DNA of 64,000 bases from Octopus sinensis (taxonomy: Eukaryota), in NCBI RefSeq assembly GCF_006345805.1, contig NC_043003.1:116994001-117058000 (forward strand). The letters are read 5' to 3'. Under the pieces are notes generated by a model. That model did no database searches. It saw nothing but the letters and a program-made list of their open reading frames with translations, and was not told the origin of the DNA. Positions 57,152-64,000 of the stretch are shown here, one piece after another. Position numbers and translations under genes: made by a program. Position 1 is the first letter of the stretch. Each line of letters begins with the position of its first letter.

Positions 57152-57578
57152 TAGCAATATTAATAATAATAACAGTAACAATAATAATAATCATAATAAT
57201 CATTAGAGTAAAATGATAGTAACAGCAACAGCTTCAACAATAACAACAACAGAAACTATAATAATAATGATGATGATGTTGTTGATAATAACAATAATAA
57301 TAACAACAACAATAATAATAATAACAATAATATAATAATAACAATAGCAATATTAATAATAATAACAGTAACAATAATAATAATCATAATAATCATTAGA
57401 GTAAAATGATAGTAACAGCAACAGCTTCAACAATAACAACAACAGAAACTATAATAATAATGATGATGATGTTGTTGATAATAACAATAATAATAACAAC
57501 AACAATAATAATAATAACAATAATAATAATAATAACAATAATAATAATAATAATATTGATAATAATAATAATAATAAT

Positions 57579-57660
<82 letters not shown>
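56385..57660. repeat. (AAT/AAC/GAT/GGT)n compound microsatellite region with a 193-bp tandem duplication
   Basis: cattagagtaaaatgatagtaacagc occurs at 57201 and 57394. Confidence 0.9.
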
Positions 57661-57663
<3 letters not shown>

Positions 57664-58084
57664 GAAAATTAATATATGGTGTAAATATTTAAAAACGAAA
57701 TATGTCTGAACGGCGGGAAAAAATTTTTGGTGGATTTTTCAACTATGTTTTTTTTTTATTTCCTTTTCTATTATAATTGCGGCACCCTCAGACGGAAGAC
57801 TGCAATTCGTATTGGTAAATATATTGATAACTCTTACTCGTCTCTAATTATAGGTGCTGCGGGGGTATATCATTTGTCAGATATGCAATATATTTTTATG
57901 GGTATGTGACGGATTATGCAAAAAGTGTGTGAGGAAATACAAACAAAAAGCACCGCAGCTTGCAGTCCCGGCCCCCCGGTGAACAGAATTCGCTTGCTCT
58001 GCCCATTCGCTTCATGTTACATTTAATATAGTTTTCGAATGTTGTTTCAAATGTTAGTATAAGACCGGCTTTTCAAAGAAGTGA

Positions 58085-58845
58085 GTGAGTCGATTACCTC
58101 GACCCCAGAGCTTAGTTGGTACTTCGAAAGGAGGAAAAGCAAAGACTACGTCGCCGGGATTCGAAACTGGATTTACAGGACGGAGGAAATGCGTCTAAGC
58201 GTTGTGTCGGACGGGATTAACGATTCTGTCAGCTCACCGCCTTAAAACCTCCCAAATATTTATTTCTTTATTGCCGACAGGGGGCCAAACATAGAGGGAG
58301 CAAACAAGGGCAGACAAAGAGATAAAGTCGATTACATCGACCCCAGTGTGTAACTGATACTTATTTAATCGACCCCAAAAGGATGAAAGGCAAAGTTGAT
58401 CTCGGCGAAATTTGAACTCAGAACGTAGCGGCAGACGAAATACCTGTTTCTTTACTACCCACAAGGGGCTAAACACAGAGGACAACCAATGACAGACAAA
58501 CGGATTAAGTTGATTATATCGAAACCAGTGCCTAGTTGGTACTTATTTAATCGACCCCGAAAGGATGAAAGGCAAAGTCGACCTCGGCGGAATTTGAACT
58601 CAGAACGTAGCGGCAGACGAAATACCTATTTCTTTACTACCCACAAGGGGCTAAGCATAGAAGGGACAAACGGATTAAGTCGATTATATCGACCCCAGTG
58701 CGTAACTGGTGCTTATTTAATCGACCCCAAAAGGATGGAAGGCAAAGTCGACCTCGGCGGAATTTGAACTCAGAACGTAACGGTTGATGAAATACCGCTA
58801 AGCATTTCGCCCGGCGTGCTAACGATACAGCCAGGTTTCCGCCTA
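58085..58845 (-). mobile_element. SINE family A tandem array (about 3 units of 182-184 nt plus an adjacent decayed copy)
   Basis: The junction cagacgaaa-tacct(a/g)tttctttac is repeated at 58441 and 58623. Confidence 0.85.
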
Positions 58846-59339
58846 ATATTGAGTGTATTGTAGCAATGTAGAGAGGCAAGGCTGTTGTGCTTCTGTATTG
58901 TTTATTTAACTAAACCAACGTTTATAGATTGAATATGCTTCAGCGAAGTCAAGCTATTTTATTTTTATTTGCAGTCATTCCTGCAACATTTATGTCTATA
59001 TTCACACTTCTAAACTCTGACAAAAACTCTTATACTTATATTTCAAAATCAATTTCTAAGATATCACACATCCTGTCTAAAACACTTTCTTAGAAATTAC
59101 ATTTACATTGCAAACACCATTTGTAGGAGACGACGCTTATAGCTTCAAGTCTAATCCCCAGGCACTACACTTACGCGAAACTTATTTCAAGGATACCACA
59201 CTTATGTTTCAAAAGTTATGCTCCCTCCATCCATCTTTTCTGCAGACTATTGCTGAGAAGGTTGCACCACTACAGTCCCCATGTACCTCCTCCATAGGGT
59301 TTATCACAAGTAACTGTTATTACACTTTCCTGTTGCACT

Positions 59340-59900
59340 CCCAAGCATGACCACTACGACTGCGGATATTATCAAGTCGTCTTGTAGTTGGTGTACTCCT
59401 AGCTCTTCCGCCGATTGGCTTGGCTTGAAGAATCTGTCTTGGGATTCTTTCCTTCGACATTTTAGCCATATGTCCGTAGTAGTGGAGTATAGCCTCTGAA
59501 AACTATTTCTATTACAATATACTTAAAATTCTGAGACTAGTTCTGCTACAATTCTATTCTTCACTGTAATGTTCTTACCAGTTCAAATATGCGTGTGGCA
59601 CGTTTCGACACGTAAATAAGCCACTCAATGCATTTTCTTAACATTACCTCTACCGCATTACACTTACGTGTCAAAACATTCTTTCTTAGACACAATCATT
59701 ACTGCTTTAAATCGATTTCTAAATTGCTGGAGTAATTTGTACTACACGTGGATATCTACTTTCACTGCCTTGACATTTCTACATAGAGTTCTTCCATAAC
59801 TCTATTACCGAAAGCATATCTACAATGCCTTACGCATATTTCTGAATCAGTTCACCTATTTTTACATTTCAAAAGTCATTGATGAAATAATAAATAACCA
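59340..59900 (-). mobile_element. Decayed RTE-like LINE remnant
   Basis: YYGHMAKMSKERIPRQIL..KPIGGRAR motif read on minus at about 59390-59485. Confidence 0.5.
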
Positions 59901-60784
59901 TTTCTAGTTTTGGCACAAGGCCAGCAGTTTCGAAGTGGCGGGATAATCGACTACATCGACCCCAGTACGCAACTGCTATTTAATTCATCAATTGGTGCTG
60001 ATTTCGAAACTGACAGGATGAAGCGCAAAGTCGACCTCGGTAGAATTTGAACTCAGGCAATTTTGTCTGGGGTGCCAACGACTACTTGCCGGCCCGCCGG
60101 TCCGAGGAGCGGGAGATCATATATAATGGTTTCAAATTCTGGCACAAGGCCATCAATTTTTTATCCATCCCCAAAGGATGAAAGTAAATTCGATCTCGGT
60201 TGCTTTTCAGCTCAGAACGGAAAGTCGGTGGGAATGGTGCTAAGCACTTTGTCCGACGCGGTAACGATTCTGCCAGCTCGCCGCCTTTCAAATCGTAATA
60301 CAATGATATTGTGTCTGGTCAAAAACAAAAGAGATATCGGAAGAGTGAGAGACAGACAAACAGGGGTGGGAGAATATTTCAGCAGTAATATTTTGTTTAA
60401 TTTATTAAATTTTCATGAATCGATCATCAATCACCAAAGTACGTCCGTCATTCATTTTAACATGATCATGTCGTCCTTGGCAACTTTGACAAATTCATTG
60501 TTTTTGTTTTTTTTTTTTTGAAAACATTGGGAACAGGGATACGATTCTTTCTGCTTTCCCTGCTTCTAACCGTCGTCGAAGTAATACAATGAAAACATTA
60601 CCGATTCTTCCTTTGAATAAATTATGAGGGAATAACAAACAGGAACAAATCAACGTAACGTGTTTATTACTTAACATCCTCTTAATATTCGAGCAAGACT
60701 GTGCCGTACAATACGGGGCTGGGAAATTTAGTCAACGTATTTGATATCTCTGATTGAAAATTTCTTCTTTATAAAATTAGGAAA

Positions 60785-61215
60785 CATAGGCACGGGAGTG
60801 GCTGTGTGGTAAGTAGCTTGCTAACCAACCACATAGTTTCGGGTTCAGTCCCACTGGGTGGCATCTTGGGCAAGTGTCTTCTGCTATAGCCACGGGCCGA
60901 CCAATGACTTGTGAGTGGATTTGGTAGACGGAAACCGAAAGAAACCTGTCGTATATATGTATATATATATATATGTATCTATGTATGTATGTATGTATGT
61001 GTGTGTGTGTGTTTGTGCGTCTGTGTTTGTCCCCCTGGCATTGCTTGACAACCGATGCTGGTGTGTTTACGTCCCCGTCACTTAGCGGTTCGGCAAAAAG
61101 AAACCGATAGAATAAGTACTGGGCTTACAAAGAATAAGTCCCGGGGTCGATTTGCTCGACTAAAAGGCGGTGCTCCAGCATGGCTGCAGTCAAATGACTT
61201 AAACACGTAAAAGAC
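60785..61215 (+). mobile_element. tRNA-derived SINE family B (CORE-like), full copy
   Basis: ggagtggctgtgtggtaag...gggttcagtcccact...ttgggcaagtgtctt. Copies at 3232-3660 -, 8450-8720 +, 20965-21290 +, 21780-21960 -, 22355-22775 -, 23940-24090 -, 38161-38250 +, 38850-39245 +, 42530-42665 -, 49995-50080 +. Confidence 0.85.
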
Positions 61216-61562
61216 AGTAAAGACTATAATGTCCTCTATACTACGACATCTTACTTCACTAAAACGAACTCACGGCGATTAAAACTTATTGGAAGGAACA
61301 TGGTATTATCTATACAAAGGTACAACCAACAAAATATCATTTGAGTTTATAAAGAAATATACGTCTGCTGAGGTCAATCAATATCCAGTTTAAACATCAC
61401 GAACGTAATTATATACATGTTTGTGTGGGGGGAGGGGTATAACACTATCACTATTATGCACAGCACGTTCTTCTTCTTCTTCTTCTTCTTCTCTTCTTCT
61501 TCTTCTTCTTCTTCTTCTTCTTCTTCTTCATCATCATCATCTTCATCATCATCATCACTACC

Positions 61563-61595
<33 letters not shown>

Positions 61596-62871
61596 GTCGT
61601 CGTCGTCGGTCGTCGTCGTCGTCGTCGTCGTCGTCATCATCATCATCATCAACATCATCATCATCATCATTATAATCATCATCACCGTCATTGCTTAAAT
61701 TGATGACTTCTCGACACTATTTTTTCTTCTTTTTCGTAAGTACCTCTCTTATTAAATTAGTTCAAGCAGAGTTTCTCAATTAATTATTTCGTAATATCGA
61801 TTACTTATGTTATTCTCGGGATGAAAACATTCGATTATATTGATCCCAGTTAAATGGCAATTACGTTTTTCCATCGACTCTGGAGGACGACAGACAAAAC
61901 TCACCCCGGTGTGATGTGAACTCTAAGCTTTACGAAAAGAACGCCACCGTCAGCATCGCCAGTACCATCATCAGCAGGAGGCGAAATGGCCCAGTGGTTA
62001 GGGCAGCGAACTCGCGGTCGGAGGATCGCGGTTTCTATTCCCAGACCGGGCGTTGTGTGTGTATATTGAGCGAAATCACCTAAAGTACCACGAGACTCCG
62101 GCAGGGGGTGGTGGCGACCACTGTTGTACTCTTTCACTCCAGCTTTCTCTCGCTCTTTCTTCCTGCTTCTTGTCCCCGACTCCTTACGCAACCGCTGAGC
62201 CTGGATGCGCATTCATCCATCCGTCGATGCTCTCGGTGTCGGAGGTTGACCTGCTTTCTCTTCTGCGAGTCTTACGAATAGCAAAGGACAACGTTTCGGA
62301 CTTCTCCCACTACAGAGGCGCGATCTTGCGAGCTCTGGGACGAAGAACGCTGCGCTGAACAGCAGCAGCGCTCCTCAACAGCAGAAACAGCAGCAGTGTT
62401 ATCGTCATTGTCATCACCATCGTTCTTATTCTTTTTTTCATCATAATCTTCGGTATGAAGAGCAAAACCAGTAAAACAAAAGTCTCTAGATGAACATAAC
62501 CATGGCATCATCAAAAACAAGAAACTCAATGCTAATAATAAGAGTACACCCCAACCATGCCATCCCATCCTTTGTCGCCATCAACACCACCTCTACCATC
62601 ACCACTTCTACCATCAACACCAGCAGAAAAGAGAAAAAGAAGAAGAAAAAACAGTGGCAGATATGACAGAAGTACATCGGAGTAAATCGTTATCATAGTG
62701 AGAAAACAAAATAACCGGAAGACAAACAGTGTAACACGAAAATCAACAGCGAGAAGACTTGTATATATATGTATATATATGTATGTATGGATGTATATGT
62801 GCGTGTATATATGTCTGTATGCCTACGCAAATACATACATACGTACACATATACATACATACATTTATATA

Positions 62872-62954
<83 letters not shown>

Positions 62955-63084
62955 GTATGTTATATATGTGTTTTTTTGTGTATATATGCCTGAGTCGATA
63001 TATTTATTATATAGATATATACACAGCTATATCTATAACAATATATACATATATATATATATATGTAATATTTTGTAAGATACT

Positions 63085-63153
<69 letters not shown>

Positions 63154-63271
63154 ATGTATATATAAATATGTATGTGTCTGTGTATGCAAGAATATTCAGA
63201 TTCCAATACTAAATTTAAAACTTTATCATCAGTTAAATAAAACTTTAGAAGAACCGGCAGCAGCATTAGTT

Positions 63272-63314
<43 letters not shown>

Positions 63315-64000
63315 CAGTAGTAGTAGCAGCAGCAGCAGCAGCAGCAGCAGACAAAACGGAGGAGGGATAGGACGAGGAGTTGAAGAAGAAGCGACATCTG
63401 CAATAACATCAACAGCGATAACATAAACAACCAAAGCAACAACGATAGCAACAACAACAACAACAACAACCTATATAGCATTAGCATAGAGCTAAAGGAA
63501 TATTTTTAAGAAATATCACCACAAAAAAAAACAAAAAAACAAGAAAACAACAACATCAAAACAAAAAAAAACAAGTCTAATATCACCAGCAACCACACTA
63601 AAACAACAATAGCGAGATGGCCATCATTAACATATAGTAGATTGTTTAGATGGTCTTCCCGTCCATTGACTTGCTAATTCTTCACTCCTAGTTAATATTC
63701 CGTCACAGAGAAATCTAATGAAATTCTGACAGCAACTTTTCCACGAGATATTTTCAAGATCTTTTGATCTGTTCGCGAGATATCATTTCTTTTACAATTT
63801 TACCTTGCTTTTCTGTTATTGTGTGTATGTGTGTCTAGTGATGTACGGTTGTTTGCTTCTGTGAAATTTTGTCCTTTTTTTTTTCTTTTCACTTTTTGTT
63901 GTTTAAATGTTATAACTTTTGCGATTCTCTCGATTATTCGTTCTGTAATTCTTACGATTCTGTTTTATTCTATGTACATGCACATGATGGTTTCTCTAAT

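Overview
AT-rich, microsatellite-saturated animal genomic DNA. The SINE and LINE repertoire looks cephalopod/Octopus-like; this is an inference, with no database check. No host protein-coding gene can be supported, and almost all listed ORFs are microsatellite or low-complexity artefacts. The window contains: (1) a near-full-length Tx1/L1-clade LINE (13385-19276, minus; CCHC ORF1, APE-RT-Zn ORF2) sitting between two (AGAT)n arrays; (2) many decayed R4/Dong-like RLE LINEs, several bounded by (TAA)n, plus RTE and CR1 remnants; (3) three tRNA-derived SINE families; (4) a TIR MITE with 8-bp TSD and a mini-Helitron. The standout, read manually, is a dense set of small non-coding elements from several unrelated families, each carrying a type I hammerhead ribozyme (HHR) with a short palindromic helix III. 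There are 9 well-formed motifs (two with one or two imperfections) plus about 7 variant or decayed ones. They show Penelope/retrozyme hallmarks: terminal redundancy with 356-, 531- and 581-nt units, inverted terminal copies, (TA)n targets, one 5' boundary within about 3 nt of the predicted self-cleavage site, and a tRNA-headed SINE that carries an HHR.
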